Below are positions 40,561 to 51,096 of a stretch of 64,000 bases of DNA, piece after piece. The notes beneath the pieces were generated by a model. The model made no database searches. It was not told where the DNA came from and saw nothing but the letters and a program-made list of their open reading frames with translations. The stretch covers positions 3,256 to 67,255 of the forward strand of contig JANQRB010000074.1 of NCBI GenBank assembly GCA_028284775.1, given 5' to 3'. Position numbers and translations under genes: made by a program. Every line of letters starts with the position of its first letter. Position 1 is the stretch's first letter. This DNA is from Candidatus Kapaibacterium sp. GTDB taxonomy: Bacteria; Bacteroidota; Ignavibacteria; Kapaibacteriales; UBA7675.

Positions 40561-42186
40561 ATGTCTTCTCAACAGAATTGCTCCACTATGAATCGACATT
40601 CATCTGAATCTCCCTTCCAGAAATGTATGAATGTCTACAAAGATTTGTACTCAGATCCGGCCGGGGCACTGCGAAAAGCCGAGCACTATATCAATCCTTC
40701 ATCCGCGCAGGCCGCAGCTCTGAGTGCCTCGGTCAAACTGCGATTGCTGATGTACTGCTATGAAGCCTGTACCTACCTGGGCAGCGATAATCTGCTGCCG
40801 CAGTATATGGCGCGAGTTAAAGCACTCCGGCCGCAGCTTTCACACGCCAATGAGTTAGTCGATTATTTTCAGTCAATGGGAGTCTGTTGCTATTTTGTCG
40901 GTCAAAAAAACGAGGCACTGAAGCATCTTTCGAAAGTACTGCGTCTGGCTGTCGTTCACCAGATTTCAGACAGAGAGATACGACAATCGTTACAGCTTTT
41001 GGGACTAATGCACTGCCGAAGCGGACAGCACGCCGACGCTGTTGCCATGTATCAGCGCATACTGCAGATATACCCAAAAAACACGATCGACGCTGATATC
41101 TGTCCGCAATTTTGCAATCTCGCCGAGGCATACGCCGCTATGGGCCGGCAAGACAAAGCCGTTGTGTATTTTGAACTAGGATTGAAATCCGCGAGAGCCG
41201 GCAAACAGCCCGTGGTTCTCTTGCAGATGCTTACTTCGATTGGCGAATTTTCCGTTAATACGAAGCAGCAGATGGCGGCAGCCGGTTATATCGCTGAAGC
41301 ACTCAAACTGTCGCACAAGATTAACATGCGGCACTCCCGGGATAAGAACACACTGCTTTTGGCCCGTATTCATGTACTCAACAACGAGCATGATGCAGCA
41401 CTGAAAATAGTCAGTCAATTGCTTAAACGGACGGAAGAATCGGATCGCCAGACTTTGTTCAGGGTCTTGTGCCTTAAATTGTTCGCTAAAATACTTGAAG
41501 ACAAAGGTGCGCATTCATCGGCGCGTGAAGCATATCTTCGAATGGCTGAGATTGCAGCATTCCTGGGCTTACGACCTGAGCTGGCTCAGGCATATAATCG
41601 GCTTTCGGCAATAGAAGAAAGAAGGGGAGAATACGCTCAGGCATTACTTTATCACAAAGTGTCGGCAAATTTGTGGCTTGACGTGCTGGCGCCCTCATCA
41701 CAACTGGAACTTGAGGAAGTCGGTCCGAAGGAAAAACCTGCCAGTAGGAGAGTGGCACACAATGGTCAATTATTGAGCGCGGATGTTCAGTTAAAGGCAT
41801 TTGAGCAAGAAATCGCCGAAGACGAAATTTTTCACCTTGCAATGAATTCGCGTTCATTTAGTGAACATTCTGCAGACAGAGCTGTCAATACGGTCACTGA
41901 AACGGAAGTTCAAAAGTACGGTGTCGACGAAGCATTGCGCATGAAGGCGGCACAGACCGTACCACTGCTGGCCAGGCTAAAGTTCAACCTGCTACGGCGT
42001 GCTCCCAAGCTGACTCCGACCGAGATCAAAATCTGTCTTTTAATTACCTGTGGCCTGCTGTCAAAAGAAATCGCGCCATTGCTGTGCAACTCCGTCGAGA
42101 CGGTCAACACTCATCGCAAGAACATTCGCCGCAAGCTTAAGCTCTCCTCGGGCGAGAATCTCGTCACATTCCTCAACTCTCTTTGA
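40561..42186 (+). CDS. TPR + LuxR-HTH transcriptional regulator
   Basis: TPRs; 'LTPTEIKICLLI..GLLSKEIA..LCNSVETVNTHRKNIRRKL'. Confidence 0.85.
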   Translation: MSSQQNCSTMNRHSSESPFQKCMNVYKDLYSDPAGALRKAEHYINPSSAQAAALSASVKLRLLMYCYEACTYLGSDNLLPQYMARVKALRPQLSHANELVDYFQSMGVCCYFVGQKNEALKHLSKVLRLAVVHQISDREIRQSLQLLGLMHCRSGQHADAVAMYQRILQIYPKNTIDADICPQFCNLAEAYAAMGRQDKAVVYFELGLKSARAGKQPVVLLQMLTSIGEFSVNTKQQMAAAGYIAEALKLSHKINMRHSRDKNTLLLARIHVLNNEHDAALKIVSQLLKRTEESDRQTLFRVLCLKLFAKILEDKGAHSSAREAYLRMAEIAAFLGLRPELAQAYNRLSAIEERRGEYAQALLYHKVSANLWLDVLAPSSQLELEEVGPKEKPASRRVAHNGQLLSADVQLKAFEQEIAEDEIFHLAMNSRSFSEHSADRAVNTVTETEVQKYGVDEALRMKAAQTVPLLARLKFNLLRRAPKLTPTEIKICLLITCGLLSKEIAPLLCNSVETVNTHRKNIRRKLKLSSGENLVTFLNSL

Positions 42187-42234
42187 GATCCGGCGAACGG
42201 AAGTTGTCTATTTGCCATCGGATAGCGAGTCACC

Positions 42235-42290
42235 TACCCATTTAATACCCAACCGGTGTTATTGTCGTGCCCCTTCTGCCTATGTAATTT
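42235..42290 (+). promoter_or_regulatory. TACCCA direct repeats, ACCGGTnnTATTGTC (copy 2) and promoter TTGTCG-N17-TAATTT
   Basis: TACCCA twice, 11 bp apart, just upstream of the motif at 42252-42266, whose TTGTCG serves as -35. Confidence 0.5.
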
Positions 42291-42410
42291 CGGCGCTGTG
42301 ATCACATCTGTGGCGCAAGTGTCGACACGCAAGACAGTCACGCAAAACTATCATTTGTACAACCCTATCGGCGCTGATACGGTGGCCGGTTACATAATCA
42401 TCGAATTCCT

Positions 42411-42794
42411 ATGAAAGCTCTCTGCATACGTTTTTTAGTCATGACCGCTTTGATAACGGGCGGATTGATGGCGGAAGTTAACGCCCAAACACTGGAAATC
42501 CACTATACCTCCGGCTGTGCTCCGAACGTCGAATATCAGTACAAATTCTTCGGCAGCCCACCGTCCGCCTGGATACCGATTTCAAGCGGAAACTCAGACT
42601 TTTATTCATTGGCCTTAAGAACACCTGAGTGGGTTAAATTCAGGTCGGTCGGGCCTTGCAGCGGCCTTCCCTGGACGATTCAAGTCGGAGACATCACGGT
42701 TTACACATGTTCGAGTTGTAGCCCCAACCCGCTCTTTGACGCAGCATTTACAATAGACCCACTCGGCAATTATCTGTGCAGCCTTACTAACTGA
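42411..42794 (+). CDS. Small secreted Cys-rich hypothetical protein
   Basis: Signal peptide ending 'VNA|Q', 5 Cys in the mature part, own terminator. Confidence 0.7.
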   Translation: MKALCIRFLVMTALITGGLMAEVNAQTLEIHYTSGCAPNVEYQYKFFGSPPSAWIPISSGNSDFYSLALRTPEWVKFRSVGPCSGLPWTIQVGDITVYTCSSCSPNPLFDAAFTIDPLGNYLCSLTN

Positions 42795-42838
42795 CAAAGT
42801 AGAGCACAACGGATAGCCTCGGGAAAGCAAACTGCCAA

Positions 42839-42871
42839 AAGCCCTTGCAGAACCTTGTTTTGCAAGGGCTT
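42839..42871. terminator. Inverted-repeat terminator
   Basis: AAGCCCTTGCA / TGCAAGGGCTT. Confidence 0.65.
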
Positions 42872-43415
42872 CATAAGTCTCGGGTCGTACTCAAATGGAA
42901 TCCTGCAATGGTCATGTACTTGTCATACTCTGGCTGCGACTAGTAATCATAAGCTACTCAAATTTGTTTCTTTTATACAATTCTCCGATCAAAATTAGGG
43001 ATGGGGCGTAGACTGGGCACCAGGCGTTTAAATTTTATGAGCATTAGGTGTTTCGAACTCCCCTGGCTCCTCTTTCGCAAAGTGGGGAACTTGAAAGCAA
43101 CTTAGTTGAAAGACTCCAGGCCCGAACATCGACGTTGCCGCTAAGTCTGTAGAAAAAGCCCTTTGATTCAAACAGTAGGCCCGCCTGCGTTATTGTTCGC
43201 TGCAGCTATCTACGCCATGCAGCTCCTGAAACTGTACTTCATCGGCCTCCACAAGTTTACAATGAAAGTCAGCACTCAGTCCAAGCAGCGTAAAGTTTTT
43301 CTACTGATTGGGGCAGCTCGCGCGAATTCTCTGCCTTTTTGATTTAAGACTACACTTCAACACTGCCTATTACTGAGAGATGAATTCCGACGGTCCTTAA
43401 ACACCGGATATGTTC

Positions 43416-45641
43416 CTACTCGAGCACGAGCGCAAGACGTAAAAAAGCATTCCGCCCCTGGTTGAGCAATCCGCCAATGTTTAAGTGTTCCCGATACAAA
43501 CGATCAAAGATATTCTCGATACCGCCGTTCAGCGCAAGATGATCATTTATCTGATAGCGCGCCTGAAATCCGAAAAGGACCGTGCCCTTGCTCGCTTCTT
43601 CTTCAAACTGGACGGTGGCAACGCGATTCTGGTCGGCCAGCAAACGCGAACTAAAGTCCAGCCAATAGGTCTCGCCGCGAAAACGCAGCGCCAGCTTTGC
43701 TTCGGGCTGCGGCGTGAAGGGGAGGGGATCATCAATACTTGTATTGTGTGCGAAGAGGTAGGCAAAGCCGCTGCGCAGCTCCCAGACTTCGTCTATCTTC
43801 AACTGCGCTTCAAGCTCGATGCCGTACTTCAGCGCTTCGCCGGCATTAGCATAACTGCGGAACTGATCGTTAAGCTGTACCGCGCTGATGATGTCCTGCA
43901 GATGATGAATAAACAAATTTGACTTGAGGGCATAGCGCTCGTCTTCGAGTGAGTAGGCGATTTCCGCCTGCCAGGCCCTTTCCTTGTCCAGCTCCGGGTT
44001 TCCGACATAGAACCAGCCGTCGGATACATTGTAGAGAAAGAACCCGTACTGCTCCAATTGGGTGGGCAGACCCTGGGCGAATGCGAGCGTTGCCGTCAGA
44101 CTCTGGTGATCCGTCGGCAGCCAACTTAAGGCAGCGCTGCCCCTTAGCGCGCTCATACTTCGTGGCCCTGCCTTCACATCCGCACTCGCTTCAAGAGTCA
44201 GCCGACCGTCGGCATGTTGCAGACGACGCGCAGAGAGCTCCGCCCGCGCATTTGTCCGCAGCAACAGCGTTTTGGAAAGGGGCATCCGAAGATCGGCAGC
44301 CAGCGCATAGTTATCGGCATGCATATCGGCAATGTTAATCAGATACATGTCAGCGATGTTTTCATCCAGCGGCAGCATCCGCATATCCGCAAAGGCCTGC
44401 AGTTGATGGTACTCAGCTTTAAGATCGAGCGCTATGTCACTCACAATCAGCGACGCCTGCTCGATCAGGCCAATGGTCTGGGTGCTGCCAAACATCGGCA
44501 TGGTCATGCCTGGCATGGCGGCGCGCGTGCGAATTTCTTCCCGTGAACGATCATCGTCGTCCATCCAGTGACGAATACGATTGAAGTACAGCTTCGTTTT
44601 CAGGGACCGCAGGATCTCAATGTCCGGGCGCCATTCGCAGGACGCGCTGCTCATCAGAGCCTGAGCTTCACGAGTGTCCATCAAGAGTGCCGGGTAGCCG
44701 ATATCATAAGCGACGTCGCCCAGCAGCATAGCGCGCAGCGTCGTATTCGGGGCGATGCGATAAGCGGCATCCAGCTTAACATTGTATTTGTCGTAAGCCG
44801 AGTTTTTAACTGTCATCCCATCGCCGGTCCGGTAGTCACCGGCGGCGCGGGAAGCAAAGCTGCCGCGCAATGCGAGTGGTCCAGCCCCGTAACCAATCGA
44901 GGTCTGCAGATCACGTGCGCCCGCCGCACTGGCCAGTCCCGCCGCCGCTGTCAGGCGCAGCGGCTGGTCGAAGCTTGCACCCTGCGTCACCAGGTTGATA
45001 CCGCCGCCGACACTGGCGGCATTGTCCGCATCGCCGGCGTTGCGTTTGACTTCGAGGCGTTCGAGATTGTTCGGCTCCACATAGGATGTTATCGGGTCCA
45101 TGTGGTCGACACATGCGGCCGCAATCTGCATGCCATCGATCGTTACAGCGACGGCGCCCGCGCGATAGCCGCGCAAACTGGCTTCGGCGGCAAAGTTGGC
45201 CCGCCGTATCAAGCGCAGGGCGGCGCTGCCGGCCATCAGCTCATCGATAGATGCAACTGCTTGTCCGCTTTCCCGCTCGTCGTCTGCGCGTTGACCGACG
45301 ACCAGCAGTTCATCGCTTGTGAAGTTCAGACTCGGCCTGAGCTCCAGTATGATTAGCTTTGTCGATTCCCGTCGCAGGTCGATTGTTCGCGCAAGGGGAT
45401 GATACCCGGGCGCTATGCAATGCAAGCGATACGAGGCCGGCGGCAAGAAAAGTTCGAAGCTACCGACCGAGTCGCTGACGGCACGCCATTCAAGTGAATC
45501 AATTCGAATCACCGCGCCGACAATCGGCTTGTCGTCTTCTGTCCGCACCAGCCCCTGAACCGAGCTTAGCGAATGTAGGCTCGTCGCAAAAATTAACAGC
45601 AGCGGGGCCGCCAGAAATAAGGTCCTTTCAGTGGTCGACAT
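43416..45641 (-). CDS. TonB-dependent receptor, OprC-like copper-uptake type
   Basis: Plug motif 'AACVDHMDP' (CxxxM), Met-rich loop 'HWMDD...MPGMTMPM'. Confidence 0.8.
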   Translation of the reverse strand: MSTTERTLFLAAPLLLIFATSLHSLSSVQGLVRTEDDKPIVGAVIRIDSLEWRAVSDSVGSFELFLPPASYRLHCIAPGYHPLARTIDLRRESTKLIILELRPSLNFTSDELLVVGQRADDERESGQAVASIDELMAGSAALRLIRRANFAAEASLRGYRAGAVAVTIDGMQIAAACVDHMDPITSYVEPNNLERLEVKRNAGDADNAASVGGGINLVTQGASFDQPLRLTAAAGLASAAGARDLQTSIGYGAGPLALRGSFASRAAGDYRTGDGMTVKNSAYDKYNVKLDAAYRIAPNTTLRAMLLGDVAYDIGYPALLMDTREAQALMSSASCEWRPDIEILRSLKTKLYFNRIRHWMDDDDRSREEIRTRAAMPGMTMPMFGSTQTIGLIEQASLIVSDIALDLKAEYHQLQAFADMRMLPLDENIADMYLINIADMHADNYALAADLRMPLSKTLLLRTNARAELSARRLQHADGRLTLEASADVKAGPRSMSALRGSAALSWLPTDHQSLTATLAFAQGLPTQLEQYGFFLYNVSDGWFYVGNPELDKERAWQAEIAYSLEDERYALKSNLFIHHLQDIISAVQLNDQFRSYANAGEALKYGIELEAQLKIDEVWELRSGFAYLFAHNTSIDDPLPFTPQPEAKLALRFRGETYWLDFSSRLLADQNRVATVQFEEEASKGTVLFGFQARYQINDHLALNGGIENIFDRLYREHLNIGGLLNQGRNAFLRLALVLE

Positions 45642-45648
45642 TCTCTTC

Positions 45649-46455
45649 CTATCGGACCGTGACAAAAAACTCATGTTTCGCCACCTCTTGGCCGCCTCGC
45701 TTGAGATGCAGCACAATACTCCACTCGCCCGTCATTGTGAAGTTAACACGCCCATGATAATGGCCATTCTGAACATGAAGCGGATTCTCATTATTCGGAG
45801 AACCATGCCCCATAGCCGGCATGTCCGGTTCTATCTGCAACTCCAGGTCCTCGCGGGCCGGAAAGCTCATCATCGAAGTCCGCTCGTGAATCGTAAATTC
45901 AATATCATTCATTCCCACTGTCCACTGTTCAGGCTGTAAAAGGGTCACGACCAGCGAATTACCATCGGACGGAACCAGCATGGTACTATATGAGGATGGA
46001 ACGACTTGCAGCGGTATCGCAAATTCGCCGAGGCTTTGCTGATCTACGCTACACTTTACGTTCAGCGTCCATTCATTCATTTCGCCGCTGGGCATCATAA
46101 ATACAAGGCCGAAGATATGATCGTCGTGACGCTCGTGATCGTGGATAGATTCGAAGGGCGCTGAGTGCATCATCGACGGCATTGTCATCAGGGGAGTCAA
46201 CTCGACGCTCAGGTCGTGCGGGACGCTGTTATCCGCTATGCTTCTGACATCCGCCAGAATCTTGTTATAGCCGACGGTCGGATTGTCGTTCCCGTACAAC
46301 CTGACTCGAATGTTGTCGTTAGCCGCTTCGCCAAGCAACAGCGAATATTCATTGTGTTCTTCTTCCTCGGTAGACAAGGCTGGATCATCATCACTGCAGG
46401 ATGCTAAGTTTATTACGGTCAAGGCAACAAGTGAGCTTAGTATTATTTTACTCAT
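45649..46455 (-). CDS. FixH/YtkA-like Met/His-rich lipoprotein
   Basis: Lipobox 'LASC'; 'PLMTMPSMMHSAP', 'PDMPAMGHGSPNN', 'VNFTMTGEW'. Confidence 0.8.
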   Translation of the reverse strand: MSKIILSSLVALTVINLASCSDDDPALSTEEEEHNEYSLLLGEAANDNIRVRLYGNDNPTVGYNKILADVRSIADNSVPHDLSVELTPLMTMPSMMHSAPFESIHDHERHDDHIFGLVFMMPSGEMNEWTLNVKCSVDQQSLGEFAIPLQVVPSSYSTMLVPSDGNSLVVTLLQPEQWTVGMNDIEFTIHERTSMMSFPAREDLELQIEPDMPAMGHGSPNNENPLHVQNGHYHGRVNFTMTGEWSIVLHLKRGGQEVAKHEFFVTVR

Positions 46456-46794
46456 TTCGTAATTCCGCTTGGGTTTTTATGTTTTGTAAATCTGATTGAC
46501 AGGAAGTCATAGCGCCGCCAGCAACTGTCAGCGACAGGCAGGCAGATCTTTCCTAAGTTTACATTCACACTAAGGCAAGAGCGCTGACACAGACTTGTTA
46601 ATGTCTGTGCGATGAGTCGCGTACCAATGAGTTTCCGCGTTTTCCTGATATTAAAATCGAAAAGTCAGGGAATGCGATCCGGCAGTAGAAGTTGCAGGAG
46701 CCCGCAAGATCCCAGTTACAAACTGAATATTGCACAGAGGAAGTCCCTACAACGCGAGCGACACACTAACTGCAAGGGGAAAGCGAGGATTATG

Positions 46795-47160
46795 TCAGAC
46801 AGACAGAATTGGCGGTTGGTGAATCTCGTCCGTATAGCCAGGCAGGGGATTGCCGACGCTAAGTGTTAAACGATACTCTGAATTGTTCTCGACGGCGTAG
46901 CACTGAAAAGTAGAATCGGGCAAAGGCGCCGATTCGGGAGTCCGGTCTACAATCAGAATTGGATTGTTGGAATGGTCATTCTGTTCGGCGACTTTGCGAA
47001 TATGGCATTTGCCGTGGCACTGCTCAGACGCTGGGTTTTCGCAAAAAGCCGCCGCGATCTGATCCGCAAAGATGTAATAGGAACTCCACAACACGGCGGC
47101 GCCGTGGAAATATGTTCCAAGCAACACAAGGAGAATTATGGCGACACATTTGCGCATCAC
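46795..47160 (-). CDS. Small membrane protein with CENxxxxxCxGKC motif (metal-uptake associated)
   Basis: 'FCENPASEQCHGKCHI', C-terminal 'IHQPP'. Confidence 0.7.
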   Translation of the reverse strand: MMRKCVAIILLVLLGTYFHGAAVLWSSYYIFADQIAAAFCENPASEQCHGKCHIRKVAEQNDHSNNPILIVDRTPESAPLPDSTFQCYAVENNSEYRLTLSVGNPLPGYTDEIHQPPILSV

Positions 47161-47673
47161 ACAAACTTAACTCATTCGGGATCTGATTGCAATTTTTTAT
47201 CAATCCAGATCGGTTCGGATTCTTCAAAACTCGTTTGCTCAAACAGCGCTCGCGCCGCTACCCTCTGCTGCTGTCTGATACTCGCGATTCCGACACAGTG
47301 AAATTGGCCGCGCCCACTGCTTCAAAAATTGCAGCGTCAAAAGCGCATTGCCTTGGCAGTATTTATTGTAATCCACATTAATTTCATTGATGCAGAAATA
47401 GTCGCCGCTGCATTCAATACCGGAGTAAAGTAAGGAGTATTTAGATTTAGATGCCTATATCTTCGACTCTCTGATCCATGGCCGGTCAATTTCCGTCGAG
47501 TGAGATAGGCGATACAACAGGGTACGGACGCAACAAGCGTTGAAAAACCGAAGGCCGGCCGATTTCCTGGCGAGATATGAAGTTATCTCTGAGCAGCCCG
47601 CACTCTAACTGGACTACTATAAACACACATTTCTGTAGTTGATTGAATCTAAAGGGAAAATCTACAATTCCAA

Positions 47674-48582
47674 TTAGTTCAAGCTTCTATACTTCGCAGG
47701 AGTCATGCCTGTCTTTTTCTTGAAGAGCTTAGAGAAATACTCCGGATAATCGAATCCTAATTGATACGCCAGCTCGCTGATTGACAATTCTGAATTCAGC
47801 AGTCGATTTTTTGCTTGGTTAATAACAAAGCTATGGATGTGTTCTTGGGTATTCTTACCGGTTTCTTTAACCAGCAGATCACTCAGGTAGTTTGGTGAAT
47901 AACTCAATTGTTCGGCGAAAAGCTTTACTGTCGGCAATCCACTTTCGCGCAGACTCTCCGATGCAAAATAAGCTCTTAGTAATTTTTCGAATTTTGCAAC
48001 TACATCTTTGTTTAAGTTACTTCTTGTATAAAATTGCCGATCATAATACCTTTCGCAGTACTTGAGTAACAGGTCAATATTGGAGATTATTAGTTCCTGA
48101 CTGTGCTTATCTATGTTCTGACGATACTCGTTTTCTATTTTTTGAACAAGTTCGGTCAAACTAACTCTTTCTTCTTTTGATAGATGTAATGCTTCACTCA
48201 CTTCGTATTCGAAGAAAGAATAATTGTCTATGTTTTTTCCTAAATCGGATTTCCTCAATAAGTCGGGATGAAAGATTAGCGTCCAACCGGAACTCTCTTC
48301 ATATCTTTCGGTCTGTTCTATTTTGATAATTTGCTCAGGTTTTAGAAACGTCATCGTACCATCATGGAAATCATAAGAATTCCTTCCATACGCTAGTGAG
48401 CCTGAAATACCTTGCTTGAGGCTGACATGGTATAACTCCATCGCATAGGTTTTTCCGCCATAATCGTAATTAGTCATTTCATCAGTTATCGGAAGAACAG
48501 TAATAAGTGGATGTCTGGGACTCTCTAAATCCCAGAAATCATGAATCTGTTGAATTGAGGTAATTCTGATGATATCACTCAT
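47674..48582 (-). CDS. AraC family transcriptional regulator
   Basis: 'YGRNSYDF', 'SPNYLSDL', 'LGFDYPEYFSKLFKKKTG.TP'. Confidence 0.93.
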   Translation of the reverse strand: MSDIIRITSIQQIHDFWDLESPRHPLITVLPITDEMTNYDYGGKTYAMELYHVSLKQGISGSLAYGRNSYDFHDGTMTFLKPEQIIKIEQTERYEESSGWTLIFHPDLLRKSDLGKNIDNYSFFEYEVSEALHLSKEERVSLTELVQKIENEYRQNIDKHSQELIISNIDLLLKYCERYYDRQFYTRSNLNKDVVAKFEKLLRAYFASESLRESGLPTVKLFAEQLSYSPNYLSDLLVKETGKNTQEHIHSFVINQAKNRLLNSELSISELAYQLGFDYPEYFSKLFKKKTGMTPAKYRSLN

Positions 48583-48639
48583 TTTACTTGCTCTTAGGTC
48601 TTAGATATACATTGACATGGGTAATAGCATTTTTTTCTA

Positions 48640-49137
48640 TCAATCTGATTTTCTTTTCAGAACCTGATCTCGAAGAGCTTCATTTACATTCGAATATGCA
48701 GGTTCCACCCAGCTTGCGTTCCAGAACCAGACTCCAATTCCACGGTATATTTCGTACTGCGTTACTTTTGTTCCACCTTCAACAGGCTCAAGAATGTAAT
48801 AGTGATCAAATGTTAAGATGCCCCACAGACCGCCATATTGGTTCAACTCCTTCGGCACCTCCATTTTTACTACTTCAGCTTGGATTTGAGTTTTTGAGCT
48901 GTCAGGTCCCGTCATTTGATATACCATACTTTCTCCTTCAAGAAGTCTGCCGGATACCGGAACAAGTACAGGATTCCAGTCTTTATATGAATCAGAATCC
49001 ACTAGCACCTGCCATACTTCATTAGGTTCAGCAGGGATGACAATTTCAGTGTGAACAGTTTTACATCCTGTCAGTAAAGACACAAAGACTACCGATACTC
49101 CAAGGAAAAGCAACTGCTTGGATGTCAATATGTTCAT
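48640..49137 (-). CDS. SRPBCC-domain lipoprotein
   Basis: 'LTGC'; 'TEIVIPAEPNEVWQVL.D...Y.DWNP'. Confidence 0.8.
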   Translation of the reverse strand: MNILTSKQLLFLGVSVVFVSLLTGCKTVHTEIVIPAEPNEVWQVLVDSDSYKDWNPVLVPVSGRLLEGESMVYQMTGPDSSKTQIQAEVVKMEVPKELNQYGGLWGILTFDHYYILEPVEGGTKVTQYEIYRGIGVWFWNASWVEPAYSNVNEALRDQVLKRKSD

Positions 49138-49172
49138 TTTTCACTCCTAATTTACAGCAAGACTCTGCTTTC

Positions 49173-50081
49173 TTATTTCATAAAGTAGTTGTACCAATCG
49201 ATCATTTGCTGAGGATGGTCTGAGAAATATTGATACCCCCTAAATCTCCACGGAGTATCTTCGATGAAATAGATTTTTTTGTCTTCTACCTTGGTATTAT
49301 CATACATCCATTGAACATCAGCAGCTCTTGAGTTCATGTCGTTTCTAACCTGAAGGTAAAACGTAGGAATCCTGACATATTGAATGTACTTCATAATGTC
49401 ATGATCTTCAACATGTAAGCCGGACATTTCATTATAAATCGGCTCAAAAATCTTTACTCCCTCTTCAGGATCAATGCTCAAATTTTCACATGCCCTCTCG
49501 ATTGTAGTTCTTCCTTTTAGTGGTTGAATGGCGATCCATGACACAATATGTTCAAATTCTTCAGGGTGCTTATACATAGCGAAGAGAGTTGCATTCGCTC
49601 CCATACACATGCTTTGAAGCGATATTCTCATTTTAGCAGTTTCTCTTCTCTCTTTTGTATATTGGATTGAAGCAATAACATCTTGCCATTCCCAATATCC
49701 GACACCGCTTAGGCCATTTGATACTGTGTCGTTTTCACCATGGTTTCTCATATCGTAAGCAATAATATTGTACCCGGCATCATGCAATGCTTTATACTTT
49801 GGGAGGAAATTAACTTCGAATCCGCCGGCATAGGTAAATGGTTCTTTGTGTCCGGCAAATCCATATTTATTGCCAGGGGAAAAATGATTGCATATTATTA
49901 ACTTATCTGAATCGGCTGGTATGAACCAACCTTTTAATTGTACACTGTCTTCAGTAGTTATAGTAATGTCTTCATATGCCAATCCTATTTCATCAGGAGT
50001 CCTCAAAACCGGAGTTCTTGGCGGTGTTGTCAAGCCATATGATAATGTAGTTAGAAACTCTGTTGCTTCAGTTTTGTTCAT
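49173..50081 (-). CDS. Alpha/beta hydrolase
   Basis: 'LKGWFIP', 'YDMRNHG', atypical nucleophile elbow 'SMCMGAN'. Confidence 0.8.
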   Translation of the reverse strand: MNKTEATEFLTTLSYGLTTPPRTPVLRTPDEIGLAYEDITITTEDSVQLKGWFIPADSDKLIICNHFSPGNKYGFAGHKEPFTYAGGFEVNFLPKYKALHDAGYNIIAYDMRNHGENDTVSNGLSGVGYWEWQDVIASIQYTKERRETAKMRISLQSMCMGANATLFAMYKHPEEFEHIVSWIAIQPLKGRTTIERACENLSIDPEEGVKIFEPIYNEMSGLHVEDHDIMKYIQYVRIPTFYLQVRNDMNSRAADVQWMYDNTKVEDKKIYFIEDTPWRFRGYQYFSDHPQQMIDWYNYFMK

Positions 50082-50185
50082 CTTATGATATCCTCTATTT
50101 GTTTCCTGAGCTTGGAGTGAATTTGCAGCTAAGAACTGCAATTGTACTGCTTCGGCACAATATTGAGATTGGATTATCTCTTATC

Positions 50186-51025
50186 TTATCCCTCTTGAGG
50201 CATTATCATCTTAGAAAGCTTGTCAATAAACTCCTGATGGTCTAAGGAGTTTTTCATTCCGATCATCATCTCAGCATCTGAACCTGACACATTGTGAATG
50301 GGCGTATCTTGTGTTGCGCATTCCCAAATCTTTTCAGCTACTTCCTGCGGATCAGATTCCTGCCCACTGTGCATGCGCATTTGTTCTGCTACTTGCGCAA
50401 GATGGGAGGCCAGAATTTGAGCGTAGGAGACTAGCTCAGGATCGCCACTTGCAATATTGTTGACGGTGGATGCATTAAAATTGGTACCAAATGCCCCAGG
50501 CGCGACTGTTTTGACTTTGATATTCAATGGCTTACATTCCATAGCCAGAGCTTCGGAAAAACCTTCGACTGCAAACTTTGACGCGCTGTAGGTCGATGCA
50601 AAGCCAAGTCCCAGGATACCGGCCATTGAAGTGACATTAACTATTGTACCTTCTTTTTGTTTTCTCATTTGTGGTAACACAGCTCTGCAGACTCTCATCA
50701 ATCCGAATACATTTGTTTCAAACATAGAATAGATTTGCTCTTCGCTAAACTGTTCAAATAGTGAAAGCCCGCCATACCCGGCATTATTTACTACAACATC
50801 TATTCTACCAAACTGTTCAATTCCACTTGCAACTGCCTGCTTTATACTTTCCTTGTCTTGTACATCAAGTCCGACAACGAAAACATCTTTCAATTGTGTT
50901 AATTCTGTCTCTTTCTCCGGCGACCTCATGGTCGCAATGACATTCCATCCCTTTCCACCAAATAGTATAGCTGTGAGTTTACCAAACCCTGAGCTGCAGC
51001 CTGTGATCAGAACAGTTTTTTTCAT
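50186..51025 (-). CDS. SDR family oxidoreductase
   Basis: 'TGCSSGFG', 'NNAG', 'YSASK'. Confidence 0.93.
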   Translation of the reverse strand: MKKTVLITGCSSGFGKLTAILFGGKGWNVIATMRSPEKETELTQLKDVFVVGLDVQDKESIKQAVASGIEQFGRIDVVVNNAGYGGLSLFEQFSEEQIYSMFETNVFGLMRVCRAVLPQMRKQKEGTIVNVTSMAGILGLGFASTYSASKFAVEGFSEALAMECKPLNIKVKTVAPGAFGTNFNASTVNNIASGDPELVSYAQILASHLAQVAEQMRMHSGQESDPQEVAEKIWECATQDTPIHNVSGSDAEMMIGMKNSLDHQEFIDKLSKMIMPQEG

Positions 51026-51096
51026 TAGTATCTCCGAATATTAAAATCAGCCTTGCCATTACGATACAAACATCGTCAAGACAAAGGGAGACATTC

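Noticed and set aside
42998..43075. tRNA/tmRNA-like fragment (GGGGCGTAG...TTCGAACTCCCC)
   Set aside because: No proper acceptor or anticodon stem, T-loop non-canonical, no CCA; cannot support an RNA gene or att site.
46660..46725. Cobalamin-riboswitch-like words (AGGGAA...GCCCGCAA)
   Set aside because: On the opposite strand to the receptor operon and lacks the conserved GGTG.AA.TCC / CCCCGCAACTGT spacing.
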